From the IMG/VR virus record IMGVR_UViG_3300009084_000003, positions 325 through 64,324 of that record: a stretch of 64,000 nt of DNA. The stretch is one strand, 5' to 3'. Numbering within the stretch: the first letter of the stretch is position 1; each line of letters starts with the position of its first letter. The notes beneath the pieces were generated by a model, which worked only from the letters and a program-made list of their open reading frames with translations, was not told where the DNA came from and did not search any database. The stretch comes from a virus. The position numbers and the translations under genes were made by a program. This document shows positions 16,561 through 26,019 of the stretch, piece by piece.

Positions 16561-16827
16561 GTGAACCTCAAAGTCTCTTGCACCGTTCGTAATCTTGACG
16601 CGGCCATTGAGGACGCTATGTCAAAGGCGTTGCAGTACTTCGGCCCAAACGTCGACGTGAACCTATTCATCGACCAAGCGCAACCTGGGCTGATGGCGAT
16701 GGATGGCACGATCCTCTTGTTCGAGGTCGAGGTCACCGTCCAAGCCGTCTATACCGGGCGCTTGGCCACGGCACGCAACACCGGCCCCGCTATAGACCCA
16801 AACAACAAGGAGCAACACAATGACTGA
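16561..16827 (+). CDS. hypothetical protein
   Basis: GTGA overlap. Confidence 0.55.
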   Translation: MNLKVSCTVRNLDAAIEDAMSKALQYFGPNVDVNLFIDQAQPGLMAMDGTILLFEVEVTVQAVYTGRLATARNTGPAIDPNNKEQHND

Positions 16828-17455
16828 CAAGAACTACACCCACATCACTTTGGTCGTCGACCGTAGTGGTTCGATGTTCACAATTCGGGGTGATGCCGAG
16901 GGTGGCGTCAACTCGTTCATCGACGAGCAGAAAGCTGTTGAGGGGAAGGCCACGCTGGCGCTCTTTGAGTTCAACGAATGGGTGAAGGATTACTACCGCG
17001 AGTTGGTTGACATCGGCAGCGCCGAGAAGTACGCCCTCCACCCGACCGGCAACACCGCACTTTACGACGCCATCGGCACTGCGATTGTTGCCACCGGCAT
17101 CCAACTGAAAGCGCTGAAGCCCATGAACCGCCCGGCAAAGGTGGTGTTCGTGATTGTGACTGATGGTGCAGAGAACGCGTCGAGGGAGTACACCCACCGG
17201 CAGGTCGCCGCGATGATCGCCCACCAGAAGGCCGAGTACTCGTGGGAGTTCATCTTCCTCGCAGCGAACCTCGACGCGGCAAAGGTTGGTGCGGCCATGA
17301 ACATCACCAACAACACCCAGTTCGCCGCGACGTCAAGGGGTGTGGCGGGCACTTATGGGGCGATGTCGTCGACCGTGTCGGCTTACCGCGGGGCCGACAC
17401 CTCAGTGATTCCTCAAATGCCTACGGGTGTCGACGCTGACGGCAATCCGCAGTAG
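16820..17455 (+). CDS. von Willebrand factor A (vWA) domain protein
   Basis: MIDAS DRSGS, GNTALYDAIG, FVIVTDGAEN; SD AAGGAG. Confidence 0.9.
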   Translation: MTDKNYTHITLVVDRSGSMFTIRGDAEGGVNSFIDEQKAVEGKATLALFEFNEWVKDYYRELVDIGSAEKYALHPTGNTALYDAIGTAIVATGIQLKALKPMNRPAKVVFVIVTDGAENASREYTHRQVAAMIAHQKAEYSWEFIFLAANLDAAKVGAAMNITNNTQFAATSRGVAGTYGAMSSTVSAYRGADTSVIPQMPTGVDADGNPQ

Positions 17456-17473
17456 GGTTCAATCACCCACAGA

Positions 17474-17591
17474 CGACGCCTACGAGGGCTAGACCCCGAG
17501 CGTCGACCATCAGCCACCCCAGGTGCCAATTCGGATGCCGGGAAAGCGATGAAGTGACACCTGGGGTGGCCCCTAATGACCTGGAGGTCAT
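17474..17591 (+). promoter_or_regulatory. structured 5' leader with SD-sequestering hairpin
   Basis: stems 17474-79/17500-05, 17513-25/17558-70 (13 bp perfect) and ATGACC-TGGA-GGTCAT over the SD. Confidence 0.5.
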
Positions 17592-17592
17592 C

Positions 17593-18285
17593 TTGAATAC
17601 TACGAAACGATTGGCCCGCGTTCTGACGGTTGTCATTACGAGTGTGTTGCTCTTGGGTTGTACCCCCGAGCAGCTGAAGACATACCAAGCCGTCACTGGC
17701 GACATTCTCTCCCCTCAGCGGGAGGTGGAGTTGTTGGCCCTTGACGATCATCCGATGAAGCTGAGCGACGGCTCGGTCATCGAGCTGAACGGCTCGGTCA
17801 CCCCCCCGACGCCGTGCGACGTGGAGAAGGGGCGCATCAACTCGCTCACCTACAACTACGACGACCCCACTCCGGCGATGGACGCCGCCCGAACGGTAGC
17901 TCGTTGCCGAGGGTGGAACCAGGCTCAGATCGACTCATGGCAGATCGCCCTACAGGACATCATGCGCTTTGAGTCGGGCTTCTGCCCTAACGTCCTCAAC
18001 GGTGCTCGCATGGCGGGCAACGGGGCGGGCTGCGTGTTGTCGCGTCAGGGCCGCAAGGGCGACTCTGGTTTCGGGCAGTTGATCTCGATTCACTACCGCC
18101 CCGGCGCTTGGCTTTGCTCTCAGGAGGGCCTGTGCTCGAAGTGGGACGTCATTGCCACCCCGTGGTCGTCGATGACCGCCTTGGTGGCGATGATCGAGCG
18201 CTCGGGTACTGCTGGGTACTGCTACAACTCGGGGGCTCGCCGCCTCCACCGGGCCACTTGCAACAACCCTGGCCTGGATGTGTAA
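17593..18285 (+). CDS. lipoprotein with lytic transglycosylase (SLT-like) domain
   Basis: TTG start after GGAGG; signal peptide with lipobox LLLGC; IMRFESG and DSGFGQL motifs. Confidence 0.75.
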   Translation: MNTTKRLARVLTVVITSVLLLGCTPEQLKTYQAVTGDILSPQREVELLALDDHPMKLSDGSVIELNGSVTPPTPCDVEKGRINSLTYNYDDPTPAMDAARTVARCRGWNQAQIDSWQIALQDIMRFESGFCPNVLNGARMAGNGAGCVLSRQGRKGDSGFGQLISIHYRPGAWLCSQEGLCSKWDVIATPWSSMTALVAMIERSGTAGYCYNSGARRLHRATCNNPGLDV

Positions 18286-18297
18286 TACACTCTGATC

Positions 18298-18332
18298 TGC
18301 CGGGGCGTGGACTCGTCCCCCACGCCCCGGCA
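18298..18332 (+). terminator. 13-bp perfect hairpin
   Basis: TGCCGGGGCGTGG / CCACGCCCCGGCA. Confidence 0.65.
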
Positions 18333-18351
18333 CCCACCCGAAAGGAAGCCA

Positions 18352-18498
18352 GTGACCCGACCAAAGAACAGCGTGTGGTGGACCGTGCAGTGCTCTACTG
18401 AGGAGCGCGATGCCGTCGACGAGGCGGCCGAACAGGCGAGCATGAACCGCAACGCCTTCGTGCGGGCCTGGATCGCCTCCTTGATGGGCAAGAAGTGA
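18352..18498 (+). CDS. ribbon-helix-helix DNA-binding protein
   Basis: TVQCSTEERDAVDEAAEQASMNRNAFVR; SD AAGGAAG. Confidence 0.7.
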   Translation: MTRPKNSVWWTVQCSTEERDAVDEAAEQASMNRNAFVRAWIASLMGKK

Positions 18499-18740
18499 GC
18501 GGGCAAGGCAAGCAGAAGGCTCTCGCTCGCAGGCTTGAGTCTCAACTAAAGGTTGAGGGTTTGGAGCCATCGGTGAACTTCGGCTGCTCCTGTCGCACTC
18601 TTCAATGCGAGCCTCGCGTTGGTATCGGCGCTCCCATCCTGCGCATCCCGCTCCCCGACTGCGTCATCCATTTCCCGCGCAAGTCGTGGTCGCAGATGAC
18701 CGGGGCCGAGCTGCTCAAGTCGCTGACTCTCCCGTCATGA
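18495..18740 (+). CDS. hypothetical protein
   Basis: GTGA overlap. Confidence 0.5.
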   Translation: MSGQGKQKALARRLESQLKVEGLEPSVNFGCSCRTLQCEPRVGIGAPILRIPLPDCVIHFPRKSWSQMTGAELLKSLTLPS

Positions 18741-18949
18741 CGATGGTCAGCCAGCATGGCCTCGCCGCATACAACAAGGGGCATCGCTGCGACGACTGCA
18801 AGGCCGCCAAGCGCGCCAAGAGCGCGCTGCTCCGCTCGCGGCACTACATGCAGCGCGAGCGGGTCGAAGGCGACCACATGTGCGCTTTCTGTTGCTGCTG
18901 GTTCCACCCCAAAGGCATCAACCGGCACGAGCAGGCTTGCCAGGGGTAG
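18737..18949 (+). CDS. small Cys/His zinc-binding protein
   Basis: HGLAAYNKGHRCDDC...CAFC...HEQAC. Confidence 0.65.
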   Translation: MTMVSQHGLAAYNKGHRCDDCKAAKRAKSALLRSRHYMQRERVEGDHMCAFCCCWFHPKGINRHEQACQG

Positions 18950-18965
18950 ACCGACCGGCCAGCGT

Positions 18966-18978
18966 GACGTAGTATGTC
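18966..18978 (+). promoter_or_regulatory. GACGTAGTATGTC promoter/operator copy
   Basis: 3 nt before ATG 18982 (leaderless). Confidence 0.75.
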
Positions 18979-18981
18979 TAC

Positions 18982-19134
18982 ATGGCTGCTGGTCGACCCG
19001 TTTCTTTCTGGCTCAGGAATGAAGACATTGACGCGCTCGACGCTGCGGCGGAGGAGCGGGGAGAGACGCGCTCCCAGCTCGTCGTGGGTCTCATTCGCGA
19101 CGAAGTGTCGCCCCCTGGGCCTGGCGCTCAATAA
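18982..19134 (+). CDS. 50-aa CopG-like ribbon-helix-helix regulator (not in ORF track)
   Basis: MAAGRPVSFWLRNEDIDALDAAAEERGETRSQLVVGLIRD... Confidence 0.75.
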   Translation: MAAGRPVSFWLRNEDIDALDAAAEERGETRSQLVVGLIRDEVSPPGPGAQ

Positions 19135-19357
19135 CTGCCTGTACCTCGGGCTGACAGATGAGCCAGCGCAGGGCCACGGAGCCCTTGCCGTCAGGGAACG
19201 ACTCGAAGAACGGCAACAGCGCCAGGTACTCGCTCGGGGGCAGCCTGAACGCCACCGTGTGTGTCAGTCGCTCTCCCGTAGCTGCGACATAGAACGTGTT
19301 GTCGTTCAGTTCGGCGACGGTGAATCCTGGTGGCACGGTGATCTTGACGGTGGTCAT
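19091..19357 (-). CDS. hypothetical protein with possible RHH-like C-terminus
   Basis: HTVAFRLPPSEYLALL...SVALRWLI; convergent overlap with 18982..19134. Confidence 0.5.
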   Translation of the reverse strand: MTTVKITVPPGFTVAELNDNTFYVAATGERLTHTVAFRLPPSEYLALLPFFESFPDGKGSVALRWLICQPEVQAVIERQAQGATLRRE

Positions 19358-19525
19358 GGGGCGACCATACACCAACCGCAAACGGTACGCAAACGGCCCG
19401 TCAGCACCCCAAAACGTCACATCCCGCCGAACCCCTTGACAGGGCAGGCGGGATGTGGAAAGGTGGCAAGCGTCGAACCGCCGAGGTCAGCCTAACACGC
19501 TCTCGGCCTCAATGAAAGAGTAGAC

Positions 19526-20506
19526 GTGGCAAATCCAGCATTCATTCGTGACGGCGAAGACTGGGACGATGGTTGGTCCCGCGCCCCGCATGGCCTGTGG
19601 ACCCTCGACATCCCCAACGGGGCCAAAGTGCTACTCGGGTGGCTCCATTCGCACTCCGGCGCGTTCCTGAACGGCGTGACGGTGAACCAAGCACGCCGGG
19701 CTGTTGGGTCGTCCTCGATCAAGGTCTGGTTTGAGTCGCTAGAGGCTGCCGGGTTCATCGAGATCGCCCGCAAAGACAACGGCACGCAGTCTCAGTTCAC
19801 CCTCAAGATGGCCCCCTGGAAGGCCCTCATCGGCAGGCCGGACCGCGCCGAAATTAGCGCGGTAACCGCGCCGAAATCGGCGCGCACAGAAGAACACCTA
19901 GAAGATCACTGTTCTTCTTCACTTCGTTCAGAAGAAGAACTCAACGCGGAAAGTCGCGTAGATACTCAAGAGCGCATCACGCCAACGACGATCGCTCGGG
20001 AATACTGGGACTGGCACGTCGAGGATCGCGGCAAGCCACCCACCCAGACCTTCCTTGCCCTCCAGAGCATCGCGAAAGCACTCACGAAAGCTGGGTATCA
20101 ACCCGATGAGATCATTGACGCGATGAAGGTCGCCAAGGTGATGACCGCCAAAGCCCTCACTGACGTTGCGGCCGAGCAGAAGCACAAGCGCGACGACACG
20201 CCGAACACGCAGGCGATCCCAGCAGCGATCGTCAGGGCGTTCGCGAAGTGTGAGTCGTGGTTCGAGCGGAGGGACTTGATGACCGGGGCGTCGCGGACAC
20301 ACTGGATGCGCCTGTGTGCTTCGCAGGTGAACTTCGGCTACGGGCCGGGTGAGACCATGTTGCGCATGGCGGTCGCGCTTCGCACCGGCAACGCGACCAC
20401 CTTCGCTCTCAGTGATGCGAAGGTCGAGCGTTTCAACGGTGAACTCGCCGACTACCCCGACGCGATGGAACGGGCGTACGTCAACCAGGCTTGGAGCGCA
20501 CGATGA
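19526..20506 (+). CDS. phage replication initiator with N-terminal HTH
   Basis: GWSRAP..LW..DIPNGAKVLLGWL...LEAAGFIE; upstream of helicase. Confidence 0.65.
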   Translation: MANPAFIRDGEDWDDGWSRAPHGLWTLDIPNGAKVLLGWLHSHSGAFLNGVTVNQARRAVGSSSIKVWFESLEAAGFIEIARKDNGTQSQFTLKMAPWKALIGRPDRAEISAVTAPKSARTEEHLEDHCSSSLRSEEELNAESRVDTQERITPTTIAREYWDWHVEDRGKPPTQTFLALQSIAKALTKAGYQPDEIIDAMKVAKVMTAKALTDVAAEQKHKRDDTPNTQAIPAAIVRAFAKCESWFERRDLMTGASRTHWMRLCASQVNFGYGPGETMLRMAVALRTGNATTFALSDAKVERFNGELADYPDAMERAYVNQAWSAR

Positions 20507-20883
20507 GCGACCGGGAACTCCTCATGCGTATCACCGCCAAGGATTTCGAGATCACCGCCATCCGCGGTTCGGGGCCGGGAGGACAACACCGCAACAAGGT
20601 GTCGTCGGGCCAGCGGTTCAAGCACAAGGCGTCGGGCGCTGTCGGGGAAGCCACCGACGACCGTAGTCAACTCGCCAACAAGCAGCAGGCGTTCAGGCGC
20701 TGCGTTGCTACCAAAGAGTTCCAGGCGTGGTTTCGTATCGCCGTTGCTGAGGCGCAGGGTCGCCCGAGCACCGAGTCGCTGGTTACTGCCGCGATGAAGC
20801 CGGGCAACATCGACACCCAGATTCTGGTCGACGATCGTTGGGTCACCATCGACCCCTCCCTGCTCGAAGGCGACGAATCGTGA
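20503..20883 (+). CDS. class I release-factor (RF-1/ArfB-like) GGQ peptidyl-tRNA hydrolase domain protein
   Basis: RGSGPGGQHRNKVSSG...RSQLANKQQA. Confidence 0.85.
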   Translation: MSDRELLMRITAKDFEITAIRGSGPGGQHRNKVSSGQRFKHKASGAVGEATDDRSQLANKQQAFRRCVATKEFQAWFRIAVAEAQGRPSTESLVTAAMKPGNIDTQILVDDRWVTIDPSLLEGDES

Positions 20884-22124
20884 GCGGGAAGATTCCCCAC
20901 AACATCGAAGCCGAGGAGGCGCTGATCGGCGCTGCCCTCTTGCGTCAGTCGATCGTCGGCGATCTCAACGGCTACATCGACGCCAGCGATTTCTACAAGC
21001 CGTTCCACCAACTCGCCTGGGAAGCAATGGTTGTGCTCCACGCGACCGGCCAGCCGATCGACGTGGTGACCGTTGGGATGAGCTTCACCGACCCGATCGC
21101 CCGCCAGTCGTTGATGGCGTGCATGAACGCAACCCCAGCCGTGTCGCAGGCGAAGAAGTACGCCGAAGCAATCGTCGAGCTATCCCGCCGCCGCAGGTTG
21201 CTGCACCACTACTCGTCGCTGGCTCAGGAATGCTACGAGCGCTCTGCCGACGAGGTGCTGGGTATGGACGACCCTCACGCCGACCGCCTGATCGCCCGGC
21301 GTGACGCGGAGACCGAAGGGCTGTTCGGCCTGCCGGATTTCATGGCTCAAGCCTCCACGGTGGAGAGCAGGGGTGAGTGGCTGTTGCCGCACATCTTCCG
21401 GGCGAAATGGCGCGCCATCATGGTCGGCTCAGAAGGAATCGGCAAGGGCACCATCATGCGATACCTCGGGCTGAATGCCGCTGCGGGCCGCGACCCGTGG
21501 AACCCTCGAATGTCCATCACCCCCAGGCGGGTGTTGTACATCGACGTCGAGAACGCCGACTCAACGATCCTGCATCAGATCAACGTCGCCAACATGGACG
21601 TTGACTTCGAGGATGAGTGTGAAGACCGCTACTTCATCTGGCGGCGCGAGGCCGGGTTGAACTTCCGCGACCGGCGCGTGCAGGCCGAGGTCGAGTCGGT
21701 ACTACAGCAGGTGCGTCCCGAGATCGTGTTCGCGGGGCCGCTCTACAAGATGTTCCGCCGCAAAGGCTCCGATGACATGGAGCAAGCCACCATTGAGCTG
21801 CTCGAAGTGTTGGACGATTTCCGCACCCGCTTCAACTTTGCTCTCATGCTCGAACACCACGCACCGAAGGGCGGGCCGGGGTATCGGGAGATGAACCCGT
21901 TCGGCTCGTCCGCGCTGCTTCGTTGGCCGGAGTTCGGCCTGACGTTGGAGCCGGTCGGCAACCCGCTCCCCTACGAGACGACGATGACGTTGGATATCGG
22001 TCGCTTCCGTCGCGACCGCGAGCCAGCCGACTGGCCTCAGTCGATCAAGCGCGGCGAGATGGGGCAACGCGCCGCGTGGACGCCGAGGTTCGCGATGGGA
22101 AGAAACAGACAAGGGTTCGTGTGA
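20880..22124 (+). CDS. DnaB-like replicative helicase (DnaB N-domain plus RecA-fold ATPase)
   Basis: PHNIEAEEALIGAAL; Walker A GSEGIGKGT; VLYIDVEN; HHAPK; GSSALLRWPE. Confidence 0.85.
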   Translation: MSGKIPHNIEAEEALIGAALLRQSIVGDLNGYIDASDFYKPFHQLAWEAMVVLHATGQPIDVVTVGMSFTDPIARQSLMACMNATPAVSQAKKYAEAIVELSRRRRLLHHYSSLAQECYERSADEVLGMDDPHADRLIARRDAETEGLFGLPDFMAQASTVESRGEWLLPHIFRAKWRAIMVGSEGIGKGTIMRYLGLNAAAGRDPWNPRMSITPRRVLYIDVENADSTILHQINVANMDVDFEDECEDRYFIWRREAGLNFRDRRVQAEVESVLQQVRPEIVFAGPLYKMFRRKGSDDMEQATIELLEVLDDFRTRFNFALMLEHHAPKGGPGYREMNPFGSSALLRWPEFGLTLEPVGNPLPYETTMTLDIGRFRRDREPADWPQSIKRGEMGQRAAWTPRFAMGRNRQGFV

Positions 22125-22189
22125 CCGTCTAGCCTGCGGGGAAGTTCCTCCAGAACCGCGTTTGACCGCCCCCTCGACTTTCCCCGTCG

Positions 22190-22714
22190 TCAGGGGGCGG
22201 TCGCGCGTAGCAGCCACGCGCTGAGCGCCCGGCGCACCTCGGGGCTCAACTCTCGTGACGGGAACTGCATCAGCGCACCAGCCGAAACATCGGCTCGCCC
22301 AACGCGACCGTCACGAACAACACCCCGCCATTCCTGCGAGAACAACTTTGAGGCTTTGACCGTGGTGTCGGGGGAGAGCGCACCTGACGCAACGCCCGCC
22401 ATCAGCGCCTCGACGGGCAGTGTCTGGATGGCGTACAGCGCCTGCCACGGCTTCGGTAGCTGCGCTGCGATCTCCTCGGGCAGCTTCTCGTATGCGGCTG
22501 AAATGGCGATGAGTCGTCGGGCCGTCTCGTGGCCGAACGGCAGACATTCCCGAACCCACTCGTCGAACCCTTCTGGGTCGGCTTGCTTCGCTTCTCGCAA
22601 CAAGCGCCCGACACGCAGGGCTGTCCCGTTCAGAATCTCGAGGATTTCCTCACGGAGTCGACTCAGTGTCGACCAGGCGAGAGAGCTACTATGTCCCGAA
22701 TGAACGACCTGCAT
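22190..22714 (-). CDS. DUF3102-like protein
   Basis: LRVGRLLREAK...FDEWVRECLPFGHETARRLI. Confidence 0.6.
   Translation of the reverse strand: MQVVHSGHSSSLAWSTLSRLREEILEILNGTALRVGRLLREAKQADPEGFDEWVRECLPFGHETARRLIAISAAYEKLPEEIAAQLPKPWQALYAIQTLPVEALMAGVASGALSPDTTVKASKLFSQEWRGVVRDGRVGRADVSAGALMQFPSRELSPEVRRALSAWLLRATAP
22683..22695 (+). promoter_or_regulatory. degenerate copy of the promoter/operator motif (GAGCTACTATGTC)
   Basis: 4 nt before ATG 22700, first gene of the head operon. Confidence 0.55.
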
Positions 22715-23137
22715 GGGGTTGAAGGATACGAAGACTGTCGCCTTTGCGGGGCGATGGTCCTCACCCCCGTCGCTCACAGCACTGGGTATTTGTGCATGAA
22801 ATGCTTCAACGACGGGCTGGGTGAGGTGCGGTTCCTTGAGGTGATGCACCGCGGGTCGCGAGTGATGTTGCCAACCGGCGGACGCAAGCGGAAACGTCGC
22901 AAGAAGAACTCAGCAACCCAACGTCAAGCCGAGCACGCCCAGCGGTCTGCGTGGCGGCGTCTGGCGGCGATTCATCCCGAGTTGTACGAGATGCTGTACG
23001 ACGAGGAGCGCCACCTGCGTGGGCTCAACCCGGTCATTCGCCGCAACCGTCAGGACCGCGCCGTTGTCGCATCGGAGACTTTGGACTTCGAGAGCGTCTA
23101 CGATGCCTTGCGATCGTCAGGAGAATCAGATGCGTGA
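22700..23137 (+). CDS. hypothetical protein with CxxC pairs and a basic patch
   Basis: CRLC...CMKC, RKRKRRKK; precedes portal. Confidence 0.7.
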   Translation: MNDLHGVEGYEDCRLCGAMVLTPVAHSTGYLCMKCFNDGLGEVRFLEVMHRGSRVMLPTGGRKRKRRKKNSATQRQAEHAQRSAWRRLAAIHPELYEMLYDEERHLRGLNPVIRRNRQDRAVVASETLDFESVYDALRSSGESDA

Positions 23138-24662
23138 ACGTCACCGGCGCGAACGGGACAGCAATTCGGGGGTTCAGTTCGCCGCCGCGCCCATCGACCT
23201 CGCCAACCCTGACGACGCAAGATACCTGCGGGCCATCCTCCCTGCATCTCAGAGCGGGTCGGCTTCTTCGTGGAGCTGGCACGACAAGATCGGTGAGATT
23301 CACTACGCGGTTGGCCGCGGGGCGCGCATCGGTGGGTACGCCAAACTACGCGTCCACAAGTTGGAGAGGGACGGCAGTATCGGCGAACCCGTCACCACTG
23401 GGCTCGCGGGCGAAATCAGCGACATGCTGTACTCGCCGTATGGCGGACAGCGTGGGCTGATTGAGCGGTTCCTGACGCTGATGAAGGTGCCCGCCGACGC
23501 CTACCTCATCCAGTGCCCCGACAGCGTGGGCGGGTTTGATGGCATCGACTTCCTGTCCGCCGATGAGATCAAGATGGAAGACCCGACGTCACTACGCTCG
23601 GGTGATGAGTTGACTCGCATCACGCTCCCCGGCAACAGCCGAATGGGCGAGGCTCGCCTTGAGGAGCGGCTCACCAAGGCTGATTTCAAGGGCCGCGTGT
23701 GGCGGCCCTCCTCTCGGTATGTCGACCTGCCTGACTCCCCGCTGAAGTCGCTCGATACGACGTGCGAACTTCTCCACCTGTTGACGATGGGTATTCGCTC
23801 GACGCTGATGTCTCGGTTGTTGTCGAACGGCATCTTCTACGTCCCGAGCGAAGTCACTGAAGCGAAGTCGACCGCGCCCTCGGGTGAGAAGAACGAGTTC
23901 CACAACAACGCCGTGCTGAACGAACTCATCAAGGCCGCCGTCTACGCCTCCCGCAGCCCAGGCGAAGCATCCGCTGGGTTGCCGGTGTTCATGTCTGGCC
24001 CTGGCATCCACGGCGAGCAGTTCAGGCACGTCATCATGGAGCAGGTTCTCGCCGAGACCGACATGAAACTGCGTGCCGAGCTGATCGACCGCATTCTCAT
24101 GGGCCTCGACATTCAGCCTTCCCAGGTGAAGGGTGCCGCTGACGCCAACCACTGGGGTTCGTGGTCAGCGACTGATGACGAGCTGAAGGTTTCAATCAAG
24201 CCCGATCTGGAGACCGGGTGCTGGGCGTTGACTCGCTTGTTCTTGTGGAAGCAGATGCAGGACGCCGGTACAAGGCCGGGCACGATCATGAAGCACGTCA
24301 TCTGGTACGACCTCGACGACGCGACTTCGCACATGAACATCTCCGAAGATTCCCGCCAGCTCGTCGATCGCAACCTCATCGGCCCCGCAGCGACGCGCCG
24401 CATGAACGGCATCAAAGAGAAGGACGCGCCGACGCCCATCGAGTACATCCGCCGGTTGGGCATCAAGATGGCCGACCCGTATCTCGCCACGTTCGGCATG
24501 ACCGAAGCTGAGTCGTTCGACTGGGAGAAGATCGGCTCCGCTACCCCTGGCCCGAGCGCCGACTCGCCCGCCGCCCCCGCCGAATCTGCCCCCGGCCAGG
24601 GGAACCCCGGCTCCCCTGGTGATAGTAAGTCCGACACCCCCAAGCGTCTACGCCCGGCGTAG
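23130..24662 (+). CDS. portal protein
   Basis: size, position before protease and capsid; SD AGGAG. Confidence 0.8.
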   Translation: MRERHRRERDSNSGVQFAAAPIDLANPDDARYLRAILPASQSGSASSWSWHDKIGEIHYAVGRGARIGGYAKLRVHKLERDGSIGEPVTTGLAGEISDMLYSPYGGQRGLIERFLTLMKVPADAYLIQCPDSVGGFDGIDFLSADEIKMEDPTSLRSGDELTRITLPGNSRMGEARLEERLTKADFKGRVWRPSSRYVDLPDSPLKSLDTTCELLHLLTMGIRSTLMSRLLSNGIFYVPSEVTEAKSTAPSGEKNEFHNNAVLNELIKAAVYASRSPGEASAGLPVFMSGPGIHGEQFRHVIMEQVLAETDMKLRAELIDRILMGLDIQPSQVKGAADANHWGSWSATDDELKVSIKPDLETGCWALTRLFLWKQMQDAGTRPGTIMKHVIWYDLDDATSHMNISEDSRQLVDRNLIGPAATRRMNGIKEKDAPTPIEYIRRLGIKMADPYLATFGMTEAESFDWEKIGSATPGPSADSPAAPAESAPGQGNPGSPGDSKSDTPKRLRPA

Positions 24663-24674
24663 AAGGAGACCACA

Positions 24675-25943
24675 ATGTTGCGTACTTTCGGAAAGCAGCC
24701 CACCTCACTCCCGGCAGGCTTCTTCAAGGCGATTGAGTTCCCCACGCTCGCCCTGCTCGACACTAAGACCGGCGATCATCGGCTACTCGCGTCAGCGGGC
24801 GCTGGCACGCGAGATTTGCCGTTGACGATCCGTTTCGCGATCGCCGCCTCTGATGGTCACGCTGGTGCTGTGGTCTCAGGTGCGTTGTTCGAGGTCACCA
24901 TCGACCCCGAAGCCAAGCAGGCGTCAGGCAAGGGCTTCCTCCTGAACGACCAGAACGGCCGCGACCACGCCCGCTACGTTCACACCGGGGCCATGCGCGG
25001 CAACTCTGTTGATCTTGCCGAGATCAAGGCCCGTCTCGTCGAAGAGATGGATAGCGACGAATGGTGGATTGAGTTCACTGAGTTCAATCTGTCCGCCACC
25101 ACAGGTGTTGCCACCCCCGCCTTCGGCGCGGCTCACGGAGTCATCCCAGAGGGCATGTCTGACGATGAGCTGACTGCCGCGATGGGTGACGACCCGATGG
25201 TGCCTTTGGTTGTGGCGTCGGGCGGCCAGTTCAGCATCCGCGTCATCGGCGAGCCGACCGTCGATGTCGAGATGACGGCGGGCATGTTGCTCGCTCCGTA
25301 CGACGCGTTCTTTCAGCCCGAGCCGGACGAGCCGCAGAAGACGATCATCTCCTCCGAAGGCTGGGTCGCAGGTCACCTCGGCCTGTGGAACACCTGCCAT
25401 GACGGCCGCACCGACAAGTGCCTCATCATTCCGCGCCCGGCCGACGGCTACGCGTCGTTCAACAAGCCCGGCCCGATCACGGAGAACGGTCGCGTTCAGA
25501 CCGGCCCGATCTTCGCTTTCGGCGGCCACCGCCCGTCGCGTTCCGCAGCAACCATCGAAGACGCCTACGGCGGCATCGAGAATGCGTGGTGCGACGTTCG
25601 TATTGTCGAGGGCCGTCTTGGCCCGTGGATGTCGGGGTTCGTGCGCCCCGGCGTTTCTGACGAGACGATCTACGCAGCCAACGCTTCGCGACTGTCGGGC
25701 CACTGGGTCGGCCCGCGCTTGAAGGCCGTGGTGTCGGTGAATGCCGAGGGCTTCGATGTCCCTGGCTTGTCCGAGGCCGAGCGCGACCTCGTTGCGGGGT
25801 TCGCATTCCACACCAACGATGAGGGTGTCGTAGAGCTGGTCGCCTCGTTCCCGAGCTGCGCTGACGACACGGAGACGCAGACCGAAGAGGCCAGCACCAA
25901 CGATGATCTGTTGCTCGCCCTGTTGATGGACGACGACGACTAA
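24675..25943 (+). CDS. capsid maturation protease
   Basis: position; GHAGAVVSG and WVAGHLGLW motifs; acidic tail. Confidence 0.7.
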   Translation: MLRTFGKQPTSLPAGFFKAIEFPTLALLDTKTGDHRLLASAGAGTRDLPLTIRFAIAASDGHAGAVVSGALFEVTIDPEAKQASGKGFLLNDQNGRDHARYVHTGAMRGNSVDLAEIKARLVEEMDSDEWWIEFTEFNLSATTGVATPAFGAAHGVIPEGMSDDELTAAMGDDPMVPLVVASGGQFSIRVIGEPTVDVEMTAGMLLAPYDAFFQPEPDEPQKTIISSEGWVAGHLGLWNTCHDGRTDKCLIIPRPADGYASFNKPGPITENGRVQTGPIFAFGGHRPSRSAATIEDAYGGIENAWCDVRIVEGRLGPWMSGFVRPGVSDETIYAANASRLSGHWVGPRLKAVVSVNAEGFDVPGLSEAERDLVAGFAFHTNDEGVVELVASFPSCADDTETQTEEASTNDDLLLALLMDDDD

Positions 25944-26019
25944 TCCGTCAGGTGTGGACTTACCGCCCGTCCGGCGGCAACACTGCGACTCACCACTGAT
26001 CTACCGGAGGTTGCCCGCT

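Noticed and set aside
17456-17592. c-di-AMP (ydaO), SAM-I/IV riboswitch or tRNA
   Set aside because: Lacks GCUGAAUCC/GGGGUGAAUC, the AUC-ACGAG...GCAACC core is incomplete, and there is no cloverleaf.
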